Source: a virus | DNA: 39,375 bases | Virus genome (UHGV): UHGV-0335613 | Direction: 5' to 3' (one strand) | Shown: in pieces, positions 18,621-27,148 of the stretch | Position numbering within the stretch: position 1 is the first letter of the stretch | Layout of the letters: every line of letters begins with the position of its first letter | The notes under the pieces: model-generated | The model's database searches: none | Seen by the model: the letters and a program-made list of their open reading frames with translations, nothing else | Told to the model about the DNA's origin: nothing | Program-made: the position numbers and the translations under genes

Positions 18621-20405
18621 CTACTCTCTCTTTAACCATTTATTTGCTGCATTTCCAAGTGCCATGTCAGCCAACATCTGGCAACACGAAAATACCCCTG
18701 CATCAAACAAGTCAATTCGTCTTACGCCGCCGTCTCCGTCTACCTTTTCATATTGGATCATGTCATCCACCTTCTCGATTGCCCGTACATTCTGCACGCA
18801 ATATTCAAAGGCATCCGAATGCAGATAGTAAAATTTCTTATTCTTCACTTTCACTTCAATGTGCCGAAATCCCTCAGATTTTACATAAAAATACTGTGGC
18901 TGATCTTGAATTTTAAATCCTGCTTTTTTCATTTTCAGGAAAAATTCACGTCCAAACTTCTTGTCGAATCCGACTATTTTGATTTTGAATCCCATCTTTT
19001 TCATTGAGATAAACCAGTTTACAATGTCATCGGGAAGTACCGTTGCTGTATTACTCATCGTCAGCCATCCATCCTCTTCCCAACCAAACAGTGGTATTCC
19101 ATCCTCGTCACCTTTTTTAATTGCTGCAGCTCTCGGAAAGAAAGCGTGTGTGATGCAGATATCCACATCTCTGTATGTTCCATAAATAGCTCCTGCTGTC
19201 AGATCGTGAAGTTTTGATAAGTCAGCTCCGCCATACCATGTGATCGGCAGTTTTGCCAACTCTTCCAATGACCAGTTATATTCATCGTCAGATGATCTGA
19301 ATTCGTTGATATCAAAATAAGCATTTAAAGCATTCGTAAAGATGTTCAGTGTTTTGTTTAAATACTCTGCTCTCAGCTGCGGCTCATTCATTGCCTGCGC
19401 CGCATCATCCATAAGGTCTTCTATTGTAACAGTAACTCCGATTGATGGCGTGCACATCTGTAATACTTCCGGATCATCCAATGTCGTAATCTCGCCTTTG
19501 CTGTTTAAAACATTGCCCTCTTTGTCCTGATCTGCTTTGCAAATAAAAATAAAATAGGAGTCATACGCCTTTTCTGTATTTGTTCCATCCAAAACTCCAT
19601 GTAACGTATTTAACCTATTTGCTAAAAAACCATCTGGAATATCACCAGCCGTAGAAATACCAATCAAAAGCTTGTTTCTATACGCTTTCATAGCATTTTT
19701 CATCAGTATGTATTTCTTTGCCGCTGCTCTCTTCCAGGAATGCAGCTCGTCCAGAATCAGGCAGTTACAGTTCAGAGAGTCCAATTTATCCTCTTGGTTG
19801 GCAATCGCATACATTTCTGCGGTACCATCTCCGAAATCAATACTAATGGAATGCTCTTGGTTATTGTCTCGGATTCTCAGCTTATCAACATCTCCTCGTA
19901 AAGTCTCAACGTTATCTACCAAAAATCCAAAACTTTCCATTGTCTGCTTTACAGAGTTTGCAACAATGTATGTCTTTGCGCCGGAACATCTATCCAAAAT
20001 ACTCTTTGCATCAGCAAGCGCAGCACTAAAGGATGTTTTCCCCTGTTTTCTCGGTAAAAAAATAAGCGCTTCGTTGAAACGCCTGATGTCTGTTCCTTTT
20101 CGAAAGAATCCAAACAGATTCACACATACAAATTTTTGCCAGTCGGTCAGCAACATGGGAGTGCCCTTGAAGCTGACTCCATTCTTGTCCTCGCCCTGTA
20201 CATGGTGGATAGTCTCCTCAATCAAATCGATCACAAAATCAAATTGATCGCTACGAAAATCCAAATCATCTCTTTCAAGGTCTGTCAGAAATCTCCTGCA
20301 CGCAAGAACTCGATCCTCATTTGCAAGTATCCTTTTATTTGCAATATCCTCCGCATAGCGAACAGCCGTATCGAAATGCGGACTGTTAATATGGGATAAG
20401 TCCAT
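18621..20405 (-). CDS. terL: Terminase large subunit
   Basis: 594 aa, ATPase N-terminus (…FLPRKQGKTSFSAALA…) and nuclease C-terminus. It follows TerS. Confidence 0.9.
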   Translation of the reverse strand: MDLSHINSPHFDTAVRYAEDIANKRILANEDRVLACRRFLTDLERDDLDFRSDQFDFVIDLIEETIHHVQGEDKNGVSFKGTPMLLTDWQKFVCVNLFGFFRKGTDIRRFNEALIFLPRKQGKTSFSAALADAKSILDRCSGAKTYIVANSVKQTMESFGFLVDNVETLRGDVDKLRIRDNNQEHSISIDFGDGTAEMYAIANQEDKLDSLNCNCLILDELHSWKRAAAKKYILMKNAMKAYRNKLLIGISTAGDIPDGFLANRLNTLHGVLDGTNTEKAYDSYFIFICKADQDKEGNVLNSKGEITTLDDPEVLQMCTPSIGVTVTIEDLMDDAAQAMNEPQLRAEYLNKTLNIFTNALNAYFDINEFRSSDDEYNWSLEELAKLPITWYGGADLSKLHDLTAGAIYGTYRDVDICITHAFFPRAAAIKKGDEDGIPLFGWEEDGWLTMSNTATVLPDDIVNWFISMKKMGFKIKIVGFDKKFGREFFLKMKKAGFKIQDQPQYFYVKSEGFRHIEVKVKNKKFYYLHSDAFEYCVQNVRAIEKVDDMIQYEKVDGDGGVRRIDLFDAGVFSCCQMLADMALGNAANKWLKRE

Positions 20406-20768
20406 TTACTTCCCCTGTTGTTTTTCCAGTAATAATGCAAATGCAGATTTCTCTTTTTTCGGCTGTTCAATCTCCGCATTGTACGTTTTTGCATTTAGCA
20501 TCAGTCTGTCAGAATACGTCCCAATATCTTTTCGGAGGTTTTCAAGACTCACGAGAATAGGGCTTTTTTTACCCCCACTTTTCTCCGTGTCCAGAATCAC
20601 TTCATATTCAGACTCTTCAAACTTCTTGCTCAGCACATTGTACTGGTAAATCATATCTGCATAGATCTCAATGACCTGTTTGTACTGCACTTTGTAGGTT
20701 CCGAGCTCTTTCATGTATTTAACTGTTCTGTCAATAATTGTTTGCCTTTGCGGTATGTATCTTGCCAC
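20406..20768 (-). CDS. terS: Terminase small subunit (P27 family)
   Basis: 120 aa immediately upstream of TerL. Family-typical N-terminus. Confidence 0.8.
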   Translation of the reverse strand: MARYIPQRQTIIDRTVKYMKELGTYKVQYKQVIEIYADMIYQYNVLSKKFEESEYEVILDTEKSGGKKSPILVSLENLRKDIGTYSDRLMLNAKTYNAEIEQPKKEKSAFALLLEKQQGK

Positions 20769-20859
20769 CTATTCTCACCTCCCTATCTGCCGGAAAATTT
20801 ATTTTCAGAATCCCGCGCTATTGGAAAGAGTCCTCTCTCCCGATTCTCCTGAGACATTT

Positions 20860-21153
20860 TTAATTCTCAAAAGGGAGGGGGTATACCTGGATCTCTTTGA
20901 CTTCCATTTCCATTCCAACTCTATCTTTAAACCATTCGACCATGCTGTCTGCCTTTTCTTTGCCCAATGTAACTATATTTATTTTCACTGTTTCAAATTT
21001 GAGTCCACCGCTGATACTGTATCTGGTGTATACATCTCCTTCGCAACACTCCATGCACGTCTTGACAATCTCCTCGATTACGTTCATCACTTCGTATCCG
21101 TAGTCACTTACTTTCCCTTTCCATCGGATTGCATACATCTTGATTTCTTCCAT
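20860..21153 (-). CDS. Hypothetical protein
   Basis: ORF between HNH and TerS. Confidence 0.4.
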   Translation of the reverse strand: MEEIKMYAIRWKGKVSDYGYEVMNVIEEIVKTCMECCEGDVYTRYSISGGLKFETVKINIVTLGKEKADSMVEWFKDRVGMEMEVKEIQVYPLPFEN

Positions 21154-21491
21154 GCTTCAAACTCCCTTCTCCTTTTCCTCTGCCAGTACAATCCAGAAGC
21201 CGTAACCTTATCCGTCTTCCTGTCGTGCATCCGGTCATGTTGCGCAGTGGACATGCTGATAAGATTCCAGTCCATAAGCGCAATCTCTGGATACTCTTCC
21301 AGTGGATAGATATGGTGTACTGTCGTTGCTTCTGCATACTTGCCATATCTCTTAGACTCCTGACACTGGTATGCGTCACGCCTTAGTATGTGTTCTCTTT
21401 TCTTTTTCCATTTTCGACTCTCATAAAATTTCATCTTTTCCTCACTAGAAAAGCACCCGGCTTTCGCCAGATGCTCTCTACTATTTTCCAT
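21108..21491 (-). CDS. HNH endonuclease (terminase-associated)
   Basis: C-x2-C…HH…H motifs (CQESKRYG…TVHHIYPLEE…HDRMHD). Typical position upstream of TerS. Confidence 0.8.
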   Translation of the reverse strand: MENSREHLAKAGCFSSEEKMKFYESRKWKKKREHILRRDAYQCQESKRYGKYAEATTVHHIYPLEEYPEIALMDWNLISMSTAQHDRMHDRKTDKVTASGLYWQRKRRREFEAWKKSRCMQSDGKGK

Positions 21492-21702
21492 TATTTACTT
21501 CTTCTATGAATGCTTTCATAAGTTCGCTTATCTTTGAAGCTTGACTGACTCCTGCAGTTTCACATGCTTCTGCAAATTCATCCGCTAACTCTCGCTTTAT
21601 CTTGAAACCCTTTGTCATCCATCCTGCTTTCTTTTGATACTTCTCCGATGCAATCGTTTGAGGTTTTGGACTACCTACCGGCATTTCTTCCACTCCTTCC
21701 AC
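21481..21702 (-). CDS. Ribbon-helix-helix (CopG-like) DNA-binding protein, putative
   Basis: FKIKRELADEFAEACETAGVSQASKISELMKAFIEE fits the beta-strand plus two-helix RHH pattern. Confidence 0.4.
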   Translation of the reverse strand: MEGVEEMPVGSPKPQTIASEKYQKKAGWMTKGFKIKRELADEFAEACETAGVSQASKISELMKAFIEEVNNGK

Positions 21703-21893
21703 AGTCTTGGTACTATGTCTATCAATAAATAAACAGATGCTAAAATAAGAAAAATGGATGAATAGATATTTTTATCAGATGCCACAAAATAAACGATTGC
21801 AAACAATAAAAACAATTCTCCGAATTTAGTTCTTTTCATTTCTTCCAAGATGAGCTATACTTCTATTAAGGATTGGGGCTTTCGCCCCGTCCC

Positions 21894-22007
21894 CTATTTG
21901 AGAGCTTCTATAAGATTGGCAATCCCAGTTAATAGCGCCCCAGTTGCGATTAACGATTCGATTATCAATCTTGGCAAGCTCTCTTTTTTCTTTCGTTTCT
22001 TGCTCAT
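21894..22007 (-). CDS. Small basic/hydrophobic peptide (37 aa, MSKKRKKKESLPRLIIESLIATGALLTGIANLIEALK)
   Basis: Strong RBS taaggaggtgagatacagATG. Consensus promoter upstream. GGGGCgaaaGCCCC hairpin downstream. Below the ORF-track size cut-off. Confidence 0.4.
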   Translation of the reverse strand: MSKKRKKKESLPRLIIESLIATGALLTGIANLIEALK

Positions 22008-22032
22008 CTGTATCTCACCTCCTTACAAGTAT

Positions 22033-22061
22033 ATAATATCATATGGTTAACCATATGTCAA
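22033..22061 (-). promoter_or_regulatory. Consensus sigma70 promoter (TTGACA-N17-TATTAT) with an embedded 18-bp perfect palindrome CATATGGTTAACCATATG as putative operator
   Basis: Read on the minus strand as TTGACAtatggttaaccatatgaTATTAT. The palindrome fills the spacer. Confidence 0.6.
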
Positions 22062-22168
22062 TACTTTTCTCAGAGGTTTTTAAAATTTATAGGACTACTG
22101 CAAAAATACGTAACTTGGCAACTTTACTGGATTCTCTAACACAATGAGGAACTTGCAGTAGCCCACAA

Positions 22169-22242
22169 TCCGGACAACGGGAATCGAACCCGTGACACAC
22201 AGCTTATAAGGCTGCCGCTCTAACCGACTGAGCTATGTCCGA
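22169..22242 (-). tRNA. tRNA with anticodon UAU (Ile, AUA-decoding), 74 nt, no encoded CCA, U1·G72 wobble
   Basis: Cloverleaf: D-arm GCTC-AGTCGGTTA-GAGC, anticodon arm GCAGC-CTTATAA-GCTGT, T-arm ACGGG-TTCGATT-CCCGT, 7-bp acceptor. Confidence 0.6.
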
Positions 22243-22426
22243 TCAGGATGCCTTTTATTGACACCCTTTACCCTATCCGCACTCGGGTACTGACACTAAA
22301 TATAGATCGCTGAATCTATTTTTTGTTTGTTTTTGCAGATCTGCGGATATCTGCGTTTTGTGATATCACTCGTAGCACTTCCACGGCATTCCGGATTTTT
22401 AATATTTACCGTGATATGCTACAAAA

Positions 22427-22469
22427 CCGTGTGCAGGGATCGAACCCGCTTGTCCCAACTGACCACGGC
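22427..22469 (-). other. tRNA-like minihelix / truncated tRNA (acceptor, D-like hairpin and T-arm; no anticodon arm)
   Basis: GCCGTG-GTCAGTTGGGAC-AAG-CGGGTTCGATCCCTG-CACACGG. TTCGATC T-loop. 5-bp acceptor pairing. Confidence 0.35.
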
Positions 22470-22471
22470 AT

Positions 22472-22513
22472 AAAAACACCGCCGGACAAGAAAGGGGGAA
22501 AGTCCGGCGGTGT
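22472..22513 (-). terminator. Strong rho-independent terminator (12-bp GC-rich stem plus U-run) downstream of the ArpU-like gene
   Basis: Minus strand reads ACACCGCCGGAC-tttcccccttt ctt-GTCCGGCGGTGT-TTTTTAT. Confidence 0.75.
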
Positions 22514-22609
22514 TCCGAATGTTTGGAAAGATTTTGAAGTCTTTCTTCTGACTCCATGTTATACTATATATTATTTAAAACGGACAATGTGGACAAAACG
22601 GACAAACTT

Positions 22610-23026
22610 TTATTTTTCTTTCATCCACCTTTGAAATTCTTTTCTCGCGCTTTCTCCTGTGCAATTTCCTTTCATTTTCGCAGCCACTTCATCCCACGTC
22701 AGTCCTTGCATGACCCTGAACCGGATAATCCTCTGCATCCGCACCGGAGCTTTATTGATTACTCGCTCTGCCTTTACTTTAATCAGCTTCGCATTCCTCT
22801 TTCGCTCTTCCAGTAGTTTTTCTTCCTCATCCACATTCACATGACTCTCTGCGCATCCGGAAATATTAAAGCTCTGCGGCTGGTATGGAAACTCCGGATT
22901 ACTGCCTGTCACCTTGTCCTGTACGATCATCTTTCTTCTGTGCCGTCTGATATCTTCTTCTGTCTCTTTTACCAATGCTTTCGCATCCATGTACTCATAG
23001 ATTACGTTCTTGTCCAACTCAATCAC
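22610..23026 (-). CDS. ArpU/RinA-like late-gene transcriptional activator (sigma region-4-like HTH)
   Basis: 138 aa. C-terminal RMQRIIRFRVMQGLTWDEVAAKM HTH. Located upstream of the HNH/terminase late operon. The start is uncertain (GTG/TTG near 23017-23026). Confidence 0.65.
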   Translation of the reverse strand: MIELDKNVIYEYMDAKALVKETEEDIRRHRRKMIVQDKVTGSNPEFPYQPQSFNISGCAESHVNVDEEEKLLEERKRNAKLIKVKAERVINKAPVRMQRIIRFRVMQGLTWDEVAAKMKGNCTGESARKEFQRWMKEK

Positions 23027-23198
23027 CTCCCGGGATCCGCTCTTTTATGTTGTATTTCTCTGCTATGTAGTCCACAGCGTCCTTATTCGCCGTCTCGCTG
23101 CCTTTAAAGTCACAGGCAAAGGCTTTATGCTCCTGTTGCTTTAAAGCTGTCTCACAGGGCTTTTTCGTTGCCATAGTGTATGCTTCTATTTTCTTCAT
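23019..23198 (-). CDS. Small hypothetical protein (59 aa)
   Basis: RBS aaaggagacagcggacatcATG. Its stop overlaps the start of the downstream gene. Below the ORF-track cut-off. Confidence 0.3.
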   Translation of the reverse strand: MKKIEAYTMATKKPCETALKQQEHKAFACDFKGSETANKDAVDYIAEKYNIKERIPGGD

Positions 23199-23234
23199 GA
23201 TGTCCGCTGTCTCCTTTCTGCATCTAGCTTATTA

Positions 23235-23678
23235 TCACCATTCACTCACCCTCACAGGAAGTATGATGCCTATTATTTCTCCGTAGCGTGTAAACACGGC
23301 ATTGTAGTATTCAGAGTTTCCTGGGTGTTTAATAAGATTTGGCGTGCATCCGTCGAACATTTTCAAATATTTATTATCAAACCAAGCGTATCCCCCTGTT
23401 GTCTCGTCTCTTATTGCTCTCAGAATGCTTTTGCCAGTTGTAAGCATTCTGTTTGACAACTTGGCCGCCCTCATTTGGCTCTGAATATTTTCTGTGGAAA
23501 AATGTTTCACCCCATCTTCTGGCAATTTCTTCTGCTTATCTATGTCGAGCAAGAAATCTTCTTTCTTCACAAATACAATATATCTACCTTGCGTAATCAT
23601 CACTTTTCCGTCTATCTCGCCCATCATATACGATCTTGTCTTCACTGCTTCTATCTGCACTTTATCTTCGATTAGCAT
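23235..23678 (-). CDS. Hypothetical phage protein
   Basis: 147-aa ORF in the minus-strand early operon. Confidence 0.5.
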   Translation of the reverse strand: MLIEDKVQIEAVKTRSYMMGEIDGKVMITQGRYIVFVKKEDFLLDIDKQKKLPEDGVKHFSTENIQSQMRAAKLSNRMLTTGKSILRAIRDETTGGYAWFDNKYLKMFDGCTPNLIKHPGNSEYYNAVFTRYGEIIGIILPVRVSEW

Positions 23679-23715
23679 TTTCTCTTCTCCTTCCTGCGTC
23701 TCATGGTTTCCCTGT

Positions 23716-24321
23716 TCATGCCGTCACCTCAATCTCTTCTCCGGTCAGCTCTTCCAACTTCTGTCGCATTTCTTCCACTGTCATTTTCTTTGGTTCTTTG
23801 CGCTCCCAGATGAGTTCAAGGTTGCTTTTAATAAACACATCTTCTATGCGTCTGAGTGATTCCGGAGTAATTCTATAGACTTTAACGATGTCTCCTCCTG
23901 TATAACCTGTACGACCTTCACATTTCAAGTCATCAGTGTAACCGTCTATACGATTGTATCCACATTTCCTCACTACCTCCTCAGCCAATACAAGATACAT
24001 TTCACCATTTCTTTGCTCAACTACCATCCCATCTCTCAAATCTGCCTTGGTAAATTCTTTGTCCATGTAATCACTCCATTCTAAGATTTTATAATTGTAC
24101 TTTTCCGCAAAATCACGAGTCGAATATTCTCCGTTTCCGTAATAACACGTTCCTTCGTTGCGCATATAATTTGTATTTTTCAAATAACTTTTTCCGTTAC
24201 TCCACTTCATCCCATGCTCATGCATTCTCTTGCAAAAATCTTTCGCTTCTTCCTCAGTCTTACAATGCACCGCAATCTTATTGTCTTTATTTTTAAATTC
24301 TTTCCAGTTAAATTTTTTCAT
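23716..24321 (-). CDS. Hypothetical phage protein
   Basis: ORF 23716..24354. RBS agtgaggtagaaaagATG at the internal Met. Confidence 0.5.
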   Translation of the reverse strand: MKKFNWKEFKNKDNKIAVHCKTEEEAKDFCKRMHEHGMKWSNGKSYLKNTNYMRNEGTCYYGNGEYSTRDFAEKYNYKILEWSDYMDKEFTKADLRDGMVVEQRNGEMYLVLAEEVVRKCGYNRIDGYTDDLKCEGRTGYTGGDIVKVYRITPESLRRIEDVFIKSNLELIWERKEPKKMTVEEMRQKLEELTGEEIEVTA

Positions 24322-24326
24322 CTTTT

Positions 24327-24518
24327 CTACCTCACTATCTTTCGCACAATCCAATCTAAAAAAATTACAAGCAACAGTATCGGAAATCCCGCAGCCATCA
24401 GGTAATCCGCACCTTCTAGTTTTACATCCTCTTCCAATCCTGTCTTTAAAGTAATCACGGTTCCCAGTCCCAATATGTAGTAAAGGGTCAGGAATGCGAT
24501 TGTGATTAAAATGTCCAT
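24327..24518 (-). CDS. Small membrane protein (two hydrophobic helices)
   Basis: MDILITIAFLTLYYILGLG…FPILLLVIFLDWIV. Confidence 0.4.
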   Translation of the reverse strand: MDILITIAFLTLYYILGLGTVITLKTGLEEDVKLEGADYLMAAGFPILLLVIFLDWIVRKIVR

Positions 24519-24519
24519 G

Positions 24520-24975
24520 TTATTCCTCCTTGTATGGTTCTGGAAGTGGCTGCCATGCGAATATTACCCCGTCATAAATCCCATGTTCGTCATACCAAAG
24601 ACAGTACTCATCTTCCTTTTTAAATCTCATTCTCTTTACCGGATATTCTTCATCGTCACACGTTACAAGATATACACCTTCTTTCTTAGGCATATTTTGT
24701 TCTGTGTAAGGAATCCACCCATTATCTTTCTTACTGTCTTCATATCCTTTCTGATACCATTTTCTTCGGCTACAATCTCCGCAATTTTGAACTTCATCCA
24801 TGTGAGAACGAATTATATTTCTGCACCATACTAGCTCTTCATATCGACCTTGTATTCTTCCGGCTTCATAACACTCCTCGCCATCCAGAAAACCATCATC
24901 TTCATCTACTGGAATGTTTTCAACCATGTTCACACGTTCTTCAATTTCTTCTAAAATCTCCTCTAGTACGTTCAT
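24520..24975 (-). CDS. Hypothetical protein with DUF551-like C-terminus (…AWQPLPEPYKEE)
   Basis: C-terminal WQPLPEPY motif recalled from phage DUF551 proteins. Acidic N-terminus. Confidence 0.45.
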   Translation of the reverse strand: MNVLEEILEEIEERVNMVENIPVDEDDGFLDGEECYEAGRIQGRYEELVWCRNIIRSHMDEVQNCGDCSRRKWYQKGYEDSKKDNGWIPYTEQNMPKKEGVYLVTCDDEEYPVKRMRFKKEDEYCLWYDEHGIYDGVIFAWQPLPEPYKEE

Positions 24976-25088
24976 TTATTTCGTCTCCTATTTTTCTTAT
25001 CCATAACACAATAACCTTTTTCGCAATAACATTCTGTTGATTTATAGTAGTTTTTATAATATTTGCATTTAATGCACTCTTTTTTCAT
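24972..25088 (-). CDS. Small Cys-rich zinc-ribbon peptide (38 aa)
   Basis: MKKECIKCKYYKNYYKSTECYCEKGYCV…. RBS ggaggcgtagtaATG. TGA/ATG overlap with the downstream gene. Confidence 0.3.
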   Translation of the reverse strand: MKKECIKCKYYKNYYKSTECYCEKGYCVMDKKNRRRNK

Positions 25089-25090
25089 TA

Positions 25091-25306
25091 CTACGCCTCC
25101 AACAACTCTAGTTCCTCGATTTTATCCATTAAATCCATCTCAGGATAATTCTTTTTTGGATATCGTTGATATTTTGCACTTATGCAGCTTTGGGAATTTG
25201 CATACAGTAAGTTATATTCTAATGCAAGCCTTAGCGGAATATCTTTGTGTTTTCCTGTTAATGTAATTTTGCTCTTATCGTCATACTCAATAAATATTTT
25301 CCACAT
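25091..25306 (-). CDS. Hypothetical protein
   Basis: 71-aa ORF. Confidence 0.35.
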   Translation of the reverse strand: MWKIFIEYDDKSKITLTGKHKDIPLRLALEYNLLYANSQSCISAKYQRYPKKNYPEMDLMDKIEELELLEA

Positions 25307-25466
25307 GGTTACTCCTCATCACTTTCAATTCTCTCTAACCTTTCGTATCCATTCCATCCATGTTCTGCTCCACATTGTTTGATACAATAATAATCTTCGC
25401 CGCAACAATGATCACATCTATTGCAATCTGGTTCTTCATCATCTACTGTGTAAATTATTGTTCTCA

Positions 25467-25913
25467 TCACTCCACCTCCAACAGCTCTGGATTATCAAAG
25501 ATATTTCCGATAACTTCCGTTCTATTTGGATTCCGATTATATTTAAAAACATCGTTATTGGTGCATTTTTTATTTCCTCGTCCACATACTGCCCATGATC
25601 CCCTCCATTCGCTCCAAAACACAGCACCTACACGATATTTTATCTCTTCGCCATCTTTTAAAAACGGACTTCCATCATAGTCATAACTATATCTGAGAAT
25701 ATCATTCTCCCAGATCTTCTTATCGTTTTTGTCGGTAAGTCCGGTGTACTGGCATAAAGTACTTGGAGCAATCTCGCATTTTAGTAATATATCTGGTAAT
25801 TCTTTGCTAATTTTGTGTATTTCCACTTTTCCAGAAGGATATGCAACAACATACCCTTCCACCCATTCTCCATTGTCTTTTCTCTTTGCTTTAAAAAGGA
25901 TTTCTCTGCTCAT
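25467..25913 (-). CDS. YopX-family phage protein
   Basis: N-terminal ILFKAKRKDNGEWVEGY and C-terminal VIGNIFDNPELLE hallmarks. RBS ggaggaaaggaagATG. Confidence 0.75.
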   Translation of the reverse strand: MSREILFKAKRKDNGEWVEGYVVAYPSGKVEIHKISKELPDILLKCEIAPSTLCQYTGLTDKNDKKIWENDILRYSYDYDGSPFLKDGEEIKYRVGAVFWSEWRGSWAVCGRGNKKCTNNDVFKYNRNPNRTEVIGNIFDNPELLEVE

Positions 25914-26091
25914 CTTCCTTTCCTCCGTTCTGTCGCATCTGCTCAATGTAAATATCTGTTGCACACCTTACAATTTCTGGTTTCATGCCATCGTAATCAG
26001 TGCCTTTGTAGAAATTCTTGTTACACGATCTTTTAATCATGCACAGGATATCTTCAAATGTTTGTTCTCTCATCTTTTCGCTCCACTTCAT
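25891..26091 (-). CDS. Hypothetical small protein
   Basis: 66-aa ORF. Confidence 0.3.
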   Translation of the reverse strand: MKWSEKMREQTFEDILCMIKRSCNKNFYKGTDYDGMKPEIVRCATDIYIEQMRQNGGKEDEQRNPF

Positions 26092-26242
26092 TGTTGTATT
26101 TCAGGCACTTTCCATCCTTGTACGCTACGCATTTCTCTTTAATACACGGATTCAACACTGGTCTGACAAAATCTCCATTCCCAATAAGCATTGCTTTTAC
26201 CTCTTCTTTTCCCGTTAAATCAGGGCAAAATAAAATCATCAC
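26054..26242 (-). CDS. Hypothetical small protein
   Basis: 62-aa ORF. Confidence 0.25.
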   Translation of the reverse strand: MMILFCPDLTGKEEVKAMLIGNGDFVRPVLNPCIKEKCVAYKDGKCLKYNNEVERKDERTNI

Positions 26243-26302
26243 TCCACCTCCAACAGTTCAAAATATTTTTCCAAATGCTCTTCTGAAATTTGGAATAATA
26301 AT

Positions 26303-26521
26303 TTACTTTTCCATCACTTCCTCAAACAGTTTCCTCGGGAGTATCTTGCCACAATCGATACACTGTTTCCTGCGTCCTGCATAATCTGTAACATCTTCTG
26401 TTCCTCCGATCGGTTCGCCGTCAAAATCAAACAGCAACGCCCTATGTACTCTTTCAATCTGGTAATACCCTCTGTTGGAACCACAAAACGGACATTTCTT
26501 TAATTCTTCCATGTTACTCAC
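26303..26521 (-). CDS. Zinc-ribbon protein (CPFC…CIDC), Ogr/Delta-like architecture
   Basis: Two CxxC pairs about 40 aa apart in a 72-aa protein. Confidence 0.4.
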   Translation of the reverse strand: MSNMEELKKCPFCGSNRGYYQIERVHRALLFDFDGEPIGGTEDVTDYAGRRKQCIDCGKILPRKLFEEVMEK

Positions 26522-26930
26522 TCCAATCTAATCTCTGGCCGCACTTCTCACAATACTTCATTCTTTCTTTGCTTCTTCCAAACATACCAGTTGTACATAA
26601 ATTACTATCACAATTCGGACATAAGTCATACGGTACTCCATCAACTCCAACAAATGGATGGAATACACCTTGGCTGTCTGTCACTCCGTATTTTTTCGGC
26701 TTCTTCGCCGTATCTCGCTCTTTCAGTTCCTGCATCTGCTCCAGCAGCTTTGCGCAATTGTTATATTGGTTCAATATATCGCACACAAACCGCCCCATCT
26801 TGCACTCTGCGCATTTATCTTCCAACTTCTCTCCGTTTAACTGATCTGGATATTTACACAGGTTGTCGCAGATATGCTCCATCATTTCCGTTGTGATCCC
26901 GTCCATCCATGTTTCTTCTGTTTTCGTCAT
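26514..26930 (-). CDS. Cys-rich hypothetical protein
   Basis: 138 aa with multiple CxxC motifs. Confidence 0.45.
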   Translation of the reverse strand: MTKTEETWMDGITTEMMEHICDNLCKYPDQLNGEKLEDKCAECKMGRFVCDILNQYNNCAKLLEQMQELKERDTAKKPKKYGVTDSQGVFHPFVGVDGVPYDLCPNCDSNLCTTGMFGRSKERMKYCEKCGQRLDWSE

Positions 26931-27148
26931 TAGTCATTCCTCCTACACCTCATATCTTTGCAGAAATACAATTCCGTCCCTCTCTTTGTCTTTACATACT
27001 CAAAATCCCCGATAATTTCCCGTCCACAGGAAGAACAGATATGTACTTCATTTTTCTTCGGATTCTCTTTCTTTTTTTCATAACCTACTGTAAATACCTC
27101 CGCATTAATATCCGGTTTGGATTCGACATCGCCCTGTTGAGTCGGCAA
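26930..27148 (-). CDS. Small zinc-ribbon hypothetical protein
   Basis: CSSCG…CKDMRC. Overlaps the upstream ORF, so the start is uncertain. Confidence 0.3.
   Translation of the reverse strand: MPTQQGDVESKPDINAEVFTVGYEKKKENPKKNEVHICSSCGREIIGDFEYVKTKRGTELYFCKDMRCRRND

Noticed and set aside
22050-22170. Searched for a dedicated promoter for the tRNA-Ile(UAU).
   Set aside because: Only weak -10-like hexamers (TAGGGT/AATAAA) lie upstream. The tRNA is more likely processed from a read-through or longer transcript, so there is no confident call.
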